From positions 329,174-393,173 of the forward strand of contig JASKOM010000001.1 of assembly GCA_030152305.1 (NCBI GenBank): 64,000 bases of DNA, given 5' to 3'. The DNA is from Campylobacterota bacterium (GTDB taxonomy: Bacteria; Campylobacterota; Campylobacteria; Campylobacterales; Thiovulaceae). The notes under the pieces were generated by a model that searched no databases, was not told where the DNA came from, and saw only the letters and a list, made by a program, of their open reading frames with translations. Positions 28,875 to 38,548 of the stretch are shown one piece after another (position 1 is the stretch's first letter; each line of letters begins with the position of its first letter). A program made the translations under genes and the position numbers.

Positions 28875-30461
28875 TTATCTCTTATTTTTAGCAAAATGTT
28901 TATTGACAAAATATTGTTGAGAAATCGAAAATAGATTATTAACAAACCAATAAAGAGTCAAACCTGCTGGAAATGTTATAAAGAAAAATGTAAAAATAAG
29001 TGGTAAAAACTTAAATATTTTTTCTTGCATTGGATCAGTAAAATTTGTTGGAGTTATATATTGTTGCCAAAACATCGTTCCACCCATAAGAATTGGAAGA
29101 ATAAAATATGGATCCATTTTTGCTAAATCTTCAATCCAGAATATCCAGCCTTCACCTTGAAGTTCAACGGCATTTAATAAAACTCGATAAATTGCAAAGA
29201 AAATTGGAATCTGTAATAAAATTGGCAAACAACCACCCATAGGATTCGCACCATTTTTCGAATAAAGTTCCATCATTTTTACTTGAAGTTGTTGCGGATT
29301 ATCTTTATATTTTCGTTGGATTTCTTTCATATCTGGAGCTAAATCTTTTAATTTTTGCATTGAAACCATACCTTTGTGAGTCAAAGGATATAAAACAAAT
29401 CTAATTAAAATTGTTAAAACAACGATAGCCCAACCCCAGTTTCCAAATAACGAATGAAGCCAATTTAGAACTAAAAATATAGGTTTTGCAATCATCGTAA
29501 TTAAGCCGTATTCAATTGCAGAAGTTAAATCTTCATTTAATGTTTTTAAAACTTTGTGATCTTTTGGACCAATATAACCACTAAATTTAAGATTATCTAA
29601 ACCTTCTAAATAAATAGTTGGGTTTTTATTTGAATCAGCTTCGACAATTGCATTTATATTTTTATCGATGTTATAAAACATAGAAGCATAATATCTATCA
29701 AATGATGAAACAAAAGTTAAATTTCTAAAAATTGAGCTACCTACAACATCGCCGTCTTCAAAAATTGTGCTTTCTTCGGCAACTCGAATCATTCCACCTT
29801 GAACAACAAAACCGTATTCACTTGCTTCTGGTCTCATTCCATTCGATACAAAAAATCGTTTTGGTTTAGAAACAGAAATTTCAATATCATAATTGCCAAT
29901 TGGATAAAAAGTTAATTTTTTTGTTACGACGATTCCGTCAGATAAATTTTGAGTTAAAATTAATTCTTCTTTTGATGAGTTTGAGATATTTATCTCATTT
30001 CGATTTGTGTTATACGAAGTTGAAAAAGCCTCTGAATTAAGTTTTGCATCTTCGAATCTAATTTCTAACGGTTTTGGTGAACCAGCGGAAACAGAAACTA
30101 ATTGAGCTTGAATTCCTGAACTATTTTTATGTTTTTCATCTAATAATATTTTTGATGAGATTCGACCAAACTTATCGATTGTCATCGAAGCATCAGATCC
30201 ATATTTAATCGAAACAAGAGCTTCTTCTTGTTTAGTTTGAGTTGTTGGTGATGAGGTCATTGCTGACGAAACAGTCGGAGCAGAATTAATATTCTCTTGT
30301 GTTTTATTTTCAGAACTATTTTGAATATTTAAATTGGAGCTATTTTGTTCTAAAGTTTTAATATTTTTAGGTGGAAAAACAGCTGAATAGCCAATAAAAA
30401 ATAAAATAGATATAGCAGTCGCAAGGAGTAATCGCTGTTGAGCAGACATTTTTTCTAACAT
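28875..30461 (-). CDS. yidC: membrane protein insertase YidC
   Basis: 528 aa. N-terminal TM, a large periplasmic domain, and the conserved C-terminal core (GWAIVVLTILIRFVLYPL...GGCLPILLQIPIFFAIY...LYWFVNNLFSI). Confidence 0.92.
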   Translation of the reverse strand: MLEKMSAQQRLLLATAISILFFIGYSAVFPPKNIKTLEQNSSNLNIQNSSENKTQENINSAPTVSSAMTSSPTTQTKQEEALVSIKYGSDASMTIDKFGRISSKILLDEKHKNSSGIQAQLVSVSAGSPKPLEIRFEDAKLNSEAFSTSYNTNRNEINISNSSKEELILTQNLSDGIVVTKKLTFYPIGNYDIEISVSKPKRFFVSNGMRPEASEYGFVVQGGMIRVAEESTIFEDGDVVGSSIFRNLTFVSSFDRYYASMFYNIDKNINAIVEADSNKNPTIYLEGLDNLKFSGYIGPKDHKVLKTLNEDLTSAIEYGLITMIAKPIFLVLNWLHSLFGNWGWAIVVLTILIRFVLYPLTHKGMVSMQKLKDLAPDMKEIQRKYKDNPQQLQVKMMELYSKNGANPMGGCLPILLQIPIFFAIYRVLLNAVELQGEGWIFWIEDLAKMDPYFILPILMGGTMFWQQYITPTNFTDPMQEKIFKFLPLIFTFFFITFPAGLTLYWFVNNLFSISQQYFVNKHFAKNKR

Positions 30462-30471
30462 TGCTGTTACC

Positions 30472-30822
30472 TTATAAATTTTGAAGATATATATTTTTTG
30501 AAAAATTTTTTATAATAAAGTATTTATTTTTTTCTCCTATTAATGGAACAAGCCAAAATATTATTTTTTTAGGCTTTTGAGAAAAATTTAAATTAACTTT
30601 ATAAATAATAGGGTGATCGATTCCACCCTGAAAAAGTTGATTACAACTTAAGATTCGTTTAAAAGAATAAAAAGAAGCTTTAAAAAAGCTGTTTCCACGA
30701 TATTGAAGTTTTGCATATTCGGAACAAGTCGGATAATAACGACAACTTCCATAGCTAAAATGAGTTAAAAATTTTTGATAAAAAGATATCAAGTTAGATA
30801 AAAGAGTATTGCCAAACATCAC
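30472..30822 (-). CDS. yidD: membrane protein insertion efficiency factor YidD
   Basis: Contains YQKFLTHFSYGSCRYYPTCSEYA, the YidD signature. Positioned between rnpA and yidC. Confidence 0.8.
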   Translation of the reverse strand: MMFGNTLLSNLISFYQKFLTHFSYGSCRYYPTCSEYAKLQYRGNSFFKASFYSFKRILSCNQLFQGGIDHPIIYKVNLNFSQKPKKIIFWLVPLIGEKNKYFIIKNFSKNIYLQNL

Positions 30823-30919
30823 TTTTTATATGCCAATATTATTAATAATTATTATATTGTTTTTGAGCTGACATACATTTTTTCCTTTTATTATTTATTA
30901 ATCAAGTAGAGCATATCAG

Positions 30920-31258
30920 CTACTTTTGGAAAGCCTTTAAATATTTTATTCCAAATTTAAAATCAGTGATAAGCTGATCAAATTCGATATCGTGAATAGC
31001 TTCTTTTGCAACAAGAATATAAGCACCGCTTTCAAGTTTATTACAAAATTGTAATAAAACAGCTTTCAGAAGTCTTTTACTACGATTACGATGAACAGCA
31101 TTGCCGACTTTTTTACTAGCGACAAAGCCGAAACTTGTTACTTCGTTTTGGAGATAAAAAAGTGCAAAGGCTTGTTTATGAAACTGCCTACCACTTTTAT
31201 AGATATGCTGAAAAATTGAGTTTTCTTTTATTCTGTTTGTATGTTTTAAACAGTTAAT
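30920..31258 (-). CDS. rnpA: ribonuclease P protein component (no canonical start codon)
   Basis: Not in the ORF track. The frame is open from 31258 to TAG 30922-30920 and encodes ...[21 protein letters not shown]...[24 protein letters not shown]..., an RnpA signature, directly after rpmH. It has no in-frame ATG/GTG/TTG. The candidate start is ATT 31258-31256, with AAGGAAG 6 nt upstream. Confidence 0.75.
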   Translation of the reverse strand: MNCLKHTNRIKENSIFQHIYKSGRQFHKQAFALFYLQNEVTSFGFVASKKVGNAVHRNRSKRLLKAVLLQFCNKLESGAYILVAKEAIHDIEFDQLITDFKFGIKYLKAFQK

Positions 31259-31380
31259 TTAGCTCTTCCTTTTCGTCGTCTTGCACTTAAAATAGCTCTA
31301 CCGCTTTTAGTAGCCATTCTTAATCTAAAACCATGTGTTCTCTTTCGAGGAGTGTTATGTGGTTGATATGTTCGTTTCAT
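31246..31380 (-). CDS. rpmH: 50S ribosomal protein L34
   Basis: The 44-aa [47 protein letters not shown] falls below the ORF-track length cutoff. Textbook L34 sequence. Confidence 0.92.
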   Translation of the reverse strand: MKRTYQPHNTPRKRTHGFRLRMATKSGRAILSARRRKGRAKLTV

Positions 31381-31657
31381 ATAAATGTCCTTTAATATTT
31401 TACTTGCTTAAAATTTAGTTATTTATTAATTTATATAACTACTTATTTAACTATATTTTAATAAGTATTAGCCTTTTGGCTATTTTGATAATAGCCGAAA
31501 TTATATCACAAGAAATTTTTTATTAAATAATATAAATACTAGCCATATTAACAATTCTTAAATTTAGCAAATTAATTAAAATTAATAATTTATATAATAA
31601 AATAATTTTATCGTGATAAACTATCAAGAAATTTTTTAGAAAGAAGGAACTTTTCTT

Positions 31658-33016
31658 ATGCCATATGCCTATAAAAGATATGTCATGTATATTTTTGCAA
31701 CTTTAATTGCATTAACTATGCCGTTTATTACGATAGACGGTAATCACTTTTTTTTATTAAACTTTGATCAAAAGCAGTTACATTTGCTATTTACAAAGTT
31801 TGATATGCAAGAACTTTATCTTATGCCATTTTTATTAATTATGCTGTTTTTAGGCATTTTTTTAACAACGGTTATGGGTGGTCGAGTTTTTTGTGGTTGG
31901 GCTTGTCCGCAAACTATTTTTCGAGTTGTTTTTCGTGACCTCATCGAAACAAAGATTTTACGACTTCGACGATCAATAAAAAATAAACAAAAAGAACCAG
32001 ATTATTCGCTAACAATAAATAAAATTAAAAAAGCTGTTGCAATATTAATTTGGACTGTTTTAGCATTAATTGCGGCTTCAGATTTTGCTTGGTATTTTGT
32101 TCCGCCAGAAACATTTTTTGAATATTTGAAAGATCCAATGGAACATACAATATTATTTGGTTTCGTCGGAATTTTGACTCTGTTTTTAGTTTATGATGTT
32201 ATTTGGCTAAAAGAAAATTTCTGTGTTTATATTTGTCCTTATTCAAGAGTTCAATCTGTTTTATATGACAACGAAACTATTATGGCAATTTATGATAAAA
32301 CTCGAGGCGGTGAAATTTATAATAGCTCAAAAGAAAAAATAGCTAATAAACAAAAAGAGCTTCCAGCTGGTTCAGAATGCACAACCTGTGAAAGCTGTGT
32401 TACAGTTTGTCCAACTCATATTGATATTCGAAAAGGGTTACAACTTGAATGTATAAATTGTCTCGAATGTGTTGATGCTTGTACGACAGTTATGGGAAAA
32501 TTAAATAAACCGACTCTTGTTAATTGGTCAAGTGTAAAAGAAATCGATGATAAAACAGGCAAAACTCAATATTTTAGACCTAAAACAATTGGCTATATTG
32601 CAATCATGATTTTAATGCTCTTTATTTTAATCAAAATGGGTTCAGAAAAAGAACATATGCTTTTAAATATAAATAAAGAAACTCGCTTATATTCGATTGA
32701 AGAAAATAACAGAGTAACAAATAGCTATATTTTCTTGTTCCAAAATACTGACCATGTCGATCACGAATATTATTTCAAGGTTGATAACGAAAGTATAAAA
32801 ATTAAAACTCCGACTCAACCTTTTACAATTAAAGCTGGACATAGCCTGAAAAAAATTGTTGTTTTATATACTGATGAGGTTCTCGGAATTGACGATCGAA
32901 AAGATATTACGATACCAATTCACATAAATGCCTATGCAACAGATTCAGAAGAAAAAATAAAAGTTCAACGAGAAGCTATTTTCGTTTATCCTAAAACTAC
33001 TTCTACTATAAAATAA
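31658..33016 (+). CDS. ccoG: cytochrome c oxidase accessory protein CcoG (FixG-type 4Fe-4S protein)
   Basis: 452 aa. Contains CGWACPQT, a ferredoxin-type CTTCESCVTVCP and CINCLECVDAC, and TM segments. Confidence 0.8.
   Translation: MPYAYKRYVMYIFATLIALTMPFITIDGNHFFLLNFDQKQLHLLFTKFDMQELYLMPFLLIMLFLGIFLTTVMGGRVFCGWACPQTIFRVVFRDLIETKILRLRRSIKNKQKEPDYSLTINKIKKAVAILIWTVLALIAASDFAWYFVPPETFFEYLKDPMEHTILFGFVGILTLFLVYDVIWLKENFCVYICPYSRVQSVLYDNETIMAIYDKTRGGEIYNSSKEKIANKQKELPAGSECTTCESCVTVCPTHIDIRKGLQLECINCLECVDACTTVMGKLNKPTLVNWSSVKEIDDKTGKTQYFRPKTIGYIAIMILMLFILIKMGSEKEHMLLNINKETRLYSIEENNRVTNSYIFLFQNTDHVDHEYYFKVDNESIKIKTPTQPFTIKAGHSLKKIVVLYTDEVLGIDDRKDITIPIHINAYATDSEEKIKVQREAIFVYPKTTSTIK
32938..32998. 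repeat. 61-bp direct repeat, copy A (functional 3' end of ccoG)
   Basis: aacagattcagaagaaaaaataaaagttcaacgagaagctattttcgtttatcctaaaact matches 36169-36229 at 60/61 positions. Confidence 0.9.
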
Positions 33017-33025
33017 TTTTTTATA

Positions 33026-33054
33026 CTCTCCAAATTTAATTGTAATTTGGAGAG
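33026..33054. terminator. bidirectional rho-independent terminator between convergent genes
   Basis: A perfect 11-bp stem, CTCTCCAAATT (33026-33036) with AATTTGGAGAG (33044-33054), around a 7-nt loop. T-run downstream on the plus strand and A-run upstream. Confidence 0.75.
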
Positions 33055-33071
33055 TTGTAATTTTTTTGAGA

Positions 33072-35306
33072 TTAATTTGTAGGTGTATTGATTGTTTTGC
33101 TAACAAATGAATAAGTTATTTCTAATTTATCACCGCTTGTTAATTTTCTGCCAACTATAATAATTGAATTACTACTTTCTTCATATTTCCAGCCATTTGT
33201 TTCACTCATATTTATAATAGAACCGTTTAGTTTAACTGAAATAGTTGATACAACAACAGAATCTTTATCTAATTTTATGCCGATTGTGTCTCCAGAAATA
33301 CCAGAAGCGATTTTTGACATAATATCTTTAAAGTCTAAGTGACCTTTAGGATCTCTATTATTTATATTGCCAACAAAACCGCCAGTTGCATCTGCTAAAT
33401 CATCATATTGACCTGGATTGAACCAAATGTTACCATTATCATCAGTAGAAACAACAACATGAACTTTCCAATTATTTTTAACAAAAATATTATTTTTTGG
33501 ATCAAATTCAATGCCTCCAGATCGATCAGTATATTGACTTGGTTCATCACTAATTATAATAATACTCATTTGAGATTTATCATCGATGCCAAATGTTTCT
33601 CTAGCCAAACCACCAACAGACAGCGAATATTCGGAGTTATAAATTCCTGTTTCTATTCCGCTACCGCAAATACCAACAATACTTTTTTCTTTTAACAATT
33701 CAAGATCGTTAATAATACCTGAATTAATTAAAACATTATTAGCTGTATCATTAGAATAATAATAACCATAAGAACTATACCCGTTATTTGATGACAAAGA
33801 ATTATTTTTTATTCCATCACCAGTTGTGATAATTCCAGCTCTAAAACCTAGATTTGCTTTTTCGAATTCTGTTCCAAAATCAGAAATTGCTTGTTTAACA
33901 GCATCTTGATCATCACTCATACTTCCAGAATCATCAATAACAAAAAGAACATTTGCATTGAGTTTAGTTCCATTTGATTCAAAATATTGTGAATGATTTA
34001 AAATATTATATTCTTTCTGTTGGAAGTTATTACATGATGTAATCGTTTTCATTTTTCCAGCAAATTCGCTGTAAAGCGAGTTATCGACAACAGAAACAGA
34101 GGCAAATATTTTACCATTTACTTCAGTGACAACTATTCTAGCTTTAAAAAAATCAGCAAGAGTTGTTGTATTAGAATTAATCGTAATATTTGATGTTCCT
34201 AGAATAATTTTTAATATGTCATTTAAAACGATTTTTGCATCTGTTTTTTCTTGATTTAAAATAGTTATTTCCGTAGCAATCGAACTATCGCAATTATTTG
34301 ACTTTTGAGTGGAAACTTCAGAAACTTTACCATTAGAAGCATTTTTAATATCTTTACTGATACTATCAGCAATATTTTCAACTGAATCATTAGATTCTAA
34401 TTTAATAACTGCCGAAGGTAAATTTGGAGTTTCGATTACAACAAGATTGTCGTTAATTTGTTTAACAGGAATTTCTGGAGCAACAATAAAAGATACCTCA
34501 TCAGAAATAGATGTTTTAGCAATAGGTTTTTTATTAAATCCAGAATTACAAGATAATTGATACCATGACTCATTAATATCATCTCCATTTTTAGTTGACC
34601 CTATTTTTTGGGAAAATATAGTTTTATTACCTCCATTTGGACAACTTGTATTACCTACAGGTAAAGAAATATTATATTCAACAATATTTCCTAAATCACT
34701 ATTTTTTGAATAAGTTACATATGAATTACATTCTTTATTAGTCCAACGATCTATTTCAATATTATCAATTGTTTTAATATATTCTATTGATTTACCACCG
34801 TAAAAACATTGTGAATCACCTTTAGCAAGTGTTGAAACAGTTGATGAAATTACAGGAGTTAAACCTTTGTTAATTGCAATAGATTCAGCTGTGTTGCAAA
34901 TATGATTTCTATCAACAGATAAATTATGTTCTCCTGCAAATAAGCCAACACTTTTTACAGTAATTACTTTTGTTCCACCTAATTTACAAACAGGATCACC
35001 TACCGCAATAGTTTCATTAAATTCATTTGAGAATTCTTGATAATTATTTATTGTTAAATATTCAATATAACTTAAGCATTTTGTATTTTTTATTAAAGAA
35101 CCATCGACTAATGAGATATTATATTCTCCTCCGTATGAACAAATCGATGAATTAGAATCACTAATTATATAATTACCTGTTGAACAATCGACACAAGGAC
35201 AAGAATTACTTGTATAGCTATATGCTAAATCTCCATCAGCATAAGAAACAACATTATTGTAAGTTTTACAAATTGAGCCATTGGAATCTGTATATGTGCC
35301 TACCAA
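33072..35306 (-). CDS. Cys-rich repeat / von Willebrand factor A domain surface protein
   Basis: 744 aa from the first TTG. The MIDAS-like VLFVIDDSGSMSDD lies in the C-terminal half and the N-terminal half has Cys-containing repeats. There is no signal peptide or SD at the TTG. The frame is actually open up to 35495, overlapping the end of the upstream ORF. Confidence 0.6.
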   Translation of the reverse strand: MVGTYTDSNGSICKTYNNVVSYADGDLAYSYTSNSCPCVDCSTGNYIISDSNSSICSYGGEYNISLVDGSLIKNTKCLSYIEYLTINNYQEFSNEFNETIAVGDPVCKLGGTKVITVKSVGLFAGEHNLSVDRNHICNTAESIAINKGLTPVISSTVSTLAKGDSQCFYGGKSIEYIKTIDNIEIDRWTNKECNSYVTYSKNSDLGNIVEYNISLPVGNTSCPNGGNKTIFSQKIGSTKNGDDINESWYQLSCNSGFNKKPIAKTSISDEVSFIVAPEIPVKQINDNLVVIETPNLPSAVIKLESNDSVENIADSISKDIKNASNGKVSEVSTQKSNNCDSSIATEITILNQEKTDAKIVLNDILKIILGTSNITINSNTTTLADFFKARIVVTEVNGKIFASVSVVDNSLYSEFAGKMKTITSCNNFQQKEYNILNHSQYFESNGTKLNANVLFVIDDSGSMSDDQDAVKQAISDFGTEFEKANLGFRAGIITTGDGIKNNSLSSNNGYSSYGYYYSNDTANNVLINSGIINDLELLKEKSIVGICGSGIETGIYNSEYSLSVGGLARETFGIDDKSQMSIIIISDEPSQYTDRSGGIEFDPKNNIFVKNNWKVHVVVSTDDNGNIWFNPGQYDDLADATGGFVGNINNRDPKGHLDFKDIMSKIASGISGDTIGIKLDKDSVVVSTISVKLNGSIINMSETNGWKYEESSNSIIIVGRKLTSGDKLEITYSFVSKTINTPTN

Positions 35307-35470
35307 AATATTTTGTTCATTTAAACCACATAAAGTCGTATTTGTTTCACTGTCAAAAATAGAATCAATAAATTTTTTAGTTGAAGTAATTTTTCCACCA
35401 TTAATACAAACTGGGTTATTTACTAAAAGTAATTTTGTTGAATTATATTCTTCGATTGGTTCATAAATGT

Positions 35471-36073
35471 CTATTTTATAGTTGATTCGGATCCATTATT
35501 GAGCAACCAATATGCTGAACCTCGTTCAATATATGAAACAGATCTTTGATAACTTGTTTTCATTAAATTATTTAGTGAGCTTTTATTACTGTAAGCTCCC
35601 CAACTTTGTGTAGCATTATCAAAAGTCCAAATAATTTCAATATTATTTTTTGAACCAAAAGTTTTTATTAAATCAATCTTTGAGTTTCCAGCAGACAATA
35701 AATTCCAATTTTTTGCAATTTGAATTTGATTGTTTGAAGCAGATGAGTTTGATAAGTTAATTTCGATATTTGAATTTCCATTATTGTTAATCCAAAAACC
35801 ACTATTACTTTGAACATGTGAAACAGATGTTAGATTACTATCTATGATTTTTTGTTTTGAAGATGAGTTATTGCCATAAGCATTCCACTTGCCATTATAA
35901 TATGTCCAAACATATGAAATATCTTGATATTGAGAAAATGTGCTTGAAAGATCAATTGAAGAATCGCCAGAACCTAAAAGATTCCAACCTTTATAAACAG
36001 TTACCGAGCCTTGCATAACTGTAGCTATCAATAAAGGAGAAGAAACTAACAGAGCTAATTTGTTTTTGCTCAT
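35471..36073 (-). CDS. exported protein with two ~80-aa internal repeats
   Basis: Start at ATG 36073 (AGGAA 8 nt upstream) gives MSKNKLALLVSSPLLIATVMQG, a signal peptide. Repeats: YKGWNLLGSGDSSIDLSSTF...GFWINNNG and AKNWNLLSAGNSKIDLIKTF...AYWLLNNG. Confidence 0.6.
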   Translation of the reverse strand: MSKNKLALLVSSPLLIATVMQGSVTVYKGWNLLGSGDSSIDLSSTFSQYQDISYVWTYYNGKWNAYGNNSSSKQKIIDSNLTSVSHVQSNSGFWINNNGNSNIEINLSNSSASNNQIQIAKNWNLLSAGNSKIDLIKTFGSKNNIEIIWTFDNATQSWGAYSNKSSLNNLMKTSYQRSVSYIERGSAYWLLNNGSESTIK

Positions 36074-36168
36074 ATAATAATTCCTATAAAATAAATTAAA
36101 GTATAAAAACTTTGCTAAAAATCTTAACATAATTATTACTATTTATCAAGATAATATTAAAAATATTT

Positions 36169-36229
36169 AACAGATTCAGAAGAAAAAATAAAAGTTCAAC
36201 GAGAAGCTATTTTCGTTTATCCAAAAACT
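36169..36229. repeat. 61-bp direct repeat, copy B (orphan copy of the ccoG 3' end)
   Basis: 60/61 identical to 32938-32998 (mismatch 36223 a versus 32992 t). It would read ...TDSEEKIKVQREAIFVYPKT followed by GNK-stop. Confidence 0.9.
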
Positions 36230-36350
36230 GGGAATAAATAATTAATTTATCTTGAATTTTTTAAAAAAAGATGTAATAATCACAAGACAATCACTCTTTA
36301 ATAAATAAGCAATTAAAGAGTTTTAAAATATATTTTTAGGAACAAATCAC

Positions 36351-36887
36351 ATGCTAGAAGCAATTATTAGAGAAAGTATTGGTAAAAAAGCTACAAAAGC
36401 TTTAAGACAAGATGGTTATCTAATTGGAAACATTTACGGTAAAGGTCTACAAAATTTATATGTAGCATTCAAAATGAATGATTATATTAGAGCAGTTAAA
36501 TCAAAAGAAACAATCGCTTTTGATATTAAAGTTGGTAACGAAGTTTTAAAAGTTGTTGTTCAAGATTATCAAAGCGAACCTGTAACAGGAAAACTTCTTC
36601 ATGTTGATTTAATGGTCGCTCAAGCTGATGTAGTCGCTGTTTATCATGTTCCTGTTAAAACAGTTGGAACACCTGTTGGTTTAAAAAATAAAGGTGTTAT
36701 GATTGTTTCTACAAACAGAGTTCCAGTAAAAACTAGCATCGAAAAACTTCCAAATAATATTACTATTGATGTTTCAAATGTTGATGTAGGCAGTGCTATT
36801 CTTGTTCGAGATCTTCCAGAAAGACAAACTTTAGATATTCGACTTTCTGATAGAGTTGCAATCTTAAGTATGATTAAAGCAAACTAA
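36351..36887 (+). CDS. rplY: 50S ribosomal protein L25/general stress protein Ctc
   Basis: 178 aa. RESIGKKATKALRQDGYLIGNIYGKG...LLHVDL pattern. Located upstream of pth as in many bacteria. Confidence 0.85.
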   Translation: MLEAIIRESIGKKATKALRQDGYLIGNIYGKGLQNLYVAFKMNDYIRAVKSKETIAFDIKVGNEVLKVVVQDYQSEPVTGKLLHVDLMVAQADVVAVYHVPVKTVGTPVGLKNKGVMIVSTNRVPVKTSIEKLPNNITIDVSNVDVGSAILVRDLPERQTLDIRLSDRVAILSMIKAN

Positions 36888-36892
36888 TATTA

Positions 36893-37462
36893 ATGACTCT
36901 TATTGTTGGACTTGGAAATATAGGTAATAAATATCTCGAAACTCGACATAATATTGGTTTTTTAGTTATTGATAAACTATTAAAAGAGTTCAACACAAAG
37001 AAAATCTCAAATCCCTCTTTTAAGGGGGATTTATATAAAGACGGTGATCTTTTATTTCTTAAACCTTCAACTTATATGAATCTTTCTGGTGAAAGCATAA
37101 TCGCAGTTAAAAATTTTTATAAACCTGATAACTTAATAATTATTCATGATGATTTAGATCTTCCATTTGGTGCTATTCGTTTTAAAATTGGCGGTGGCAC
37201 TGGCGGACATAATGGATTAAAATCTCTTGATGAGGTTTCAAAAAATAGTGGATTGCGAGTCAGAATGGGAATTGGCAAACCAATTAATAATAATATTGAA
37301 ATTGCTGATTTTGTGCTTTCCAACTTTTCAGAATCTGAACAAAAATGTTTAAATAATTGGATTGATCTTTGCAAAGATGCAATATTATCGATCATTCAAA
37401 ACGGTTGGGAACGAACGGCTTCATTACATTCTAAAAAACATGTAGCTGATTTTTGTAAATAA
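36893..37462 (+). CDS. pth: aminoacyl-tRNA (peptidyl-tRNA) hydrolase
   Basis: 189 aa. Contains LIVGLGNIGNKYLETRHNIGF, YMNLSGES and GGHNGLKS motifs. Confidence 0.92.
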   Translation: MTLIVGLGNIGNKYLETRHNIGFLVIDKLLKEFNTKKISNPSFKGDLYKDGDLLFLKPSTYMNLSGESIIAVKNFYKPDNLIIIHDDLDLPFGAIRFKIGGGTGGHNGLKSLDEVSKNSGLRVRMGIGKPINNNIEIADFVLSNFSESEQKCLNNWIDLCKDAILSIIQNGWERTASLHSKKHVADFCK

Positions 37463-37471
37463 AAATATTTC

Positions 37472-38542
37472 ATGAAAAATTTATATATTTTAAAATTTTT
37501 TATTAAATATTTTTTAATGACCCTTGGTGGATTAAGTTTATTTTTCGTGATTCTTGATTTCTCAAATGTTTCTAAAGAATTGCCTCAATCTGTAAATTTA
37601 AAAATTTTATATTTTTATTATCAATTTTTATATGCTTCTTCGATTATGTATCCAATTTCATTGGTTTTTGGAGCAATAATTACATTTGGTAAATTAGTCA
37701 AAGATAACATGTTAATAGCATTATATTCTGTTGGTTATTCAAATCGAGATATTTTAACACCTATTTTTTTATCATCAATTGCAATTGTTTTATTATTTAT
37801 TTCTATGCACACAACAGAATATGCTTATGCAAAAAGTAGTGCTGATGATATTTTAAATCGTGGCTCATTGCGAAATACTAATAATTTATTTTTTAAATAT
37901 GATCATAAAAATAAACAAGGTGTTAATTTAGCAAATTATTATGTCTTTTTTTCAAGACTTTATCCATTTCAAAAAGTCTCAAAAGGTGTTCGAATATTTA
38001 GAATAGAAGATGGCAAAATCGCAGAAATTATTCGAGCTGGAAATGCTTATTATAATAATAATAATTGGGTTGTTTCATCTGCTAGAGTTTTAAAAAATGT
38101 TAAAACTTTACAATTGCAACAAGAAGCTATAAAAATGGAAGACAAAAATGAATTTGTCATATTAAAAGGATTTAAACCTGCAATTTTAGAAAGACTTTTT
38201 GAAAGTGAAATCGAATTTAATTTAATTGACCTCATCGAAGCGATGAAACTTTTAAGTCTTCAAGGTTTTTCAACTGATAAAACAAAGGTTTCTTTATATA
38301 ATATTGTTTCTTATCCATTTTTTGCTCCAATATTAATTTTAATAATTTTTAAATTTTTTCCAGTCAGTGGTAGATTTGCAAATCTTAGCTTAGTAATTTT
38401 TTCAGCAATAATAGTTTCATTGTTAATTTGGGGCTTGTTATTTGCAATGGTGAAATTATCTTTTTCTGGAACTTTGATCGGCGAATTTGCAATTAATTTA
38501 CCCGTTATTTTAATGTCAATAATTGCTTTATTTACTGTTTAA
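37472..38542 (+). CDS. LptF/LptG family permease (YjgP/YjgQ)
   Basis: 356 aa. Three N-terminal TMs, a periplasmic beta-jellyroll-sized middle and three C-terminal TMs. The N-terminal pattern is typical of the family. Confidence 0.7.
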   Translation: MKNLYILKFFIKYFLMTLGGLSLFFVILDFSNVSKELPQSVNLKILYFYYQFLYASSIMYPISLVFGAIITFGKLVKDNMLIALYSVGYSNRDILTPIFLSSIAIVLLFISMHTTEYAYAKSSADDILNRGSLRNTNNLFFKYDHKNKQGVNLANYYVFFSRLYPFQKVSKGVRIFRIEDGKIAEIIRAGNAYYNNNNWVVSSARVLKNVKTLQLQQEAIKMEDKNEFVILKGFKPAILERLFESEIEFNLIDLIEAMKLLSLQGFSTDKTKVSLYNIVSYPFFAPILILIIFKFFPVSGRFANLSLVIFSAIIVSLLIWGLLFAMVKLSFSGTLIGEFAINLPVILMSIIALFTV

Positions 38543-38548
38543 TTTTTA

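Larger units (their letters stand above)
32999..36168. mobile_element. inserted islet between the two ccoG-3'-end repeats (no recombinase seen)
   Basis: Contains a bidirectional terminator, the vWA surface-protein ORF, the signal-peptide repeat-protein ORF and their promoter region. Bounded by the 61-bp direct repeat. Confidence 0.55.

Noticed and set aside
31381-31657. AT-rich 277-bp intergenic region next to rpmH, considered as a possible replication origin
   Set aside because: No dnaA gene is adjacent. I could not find a cluster of DnaA-box-like 9-mers (TTATCCACA-type). Gene orientation on either side does not switch in the way expected at an origin.
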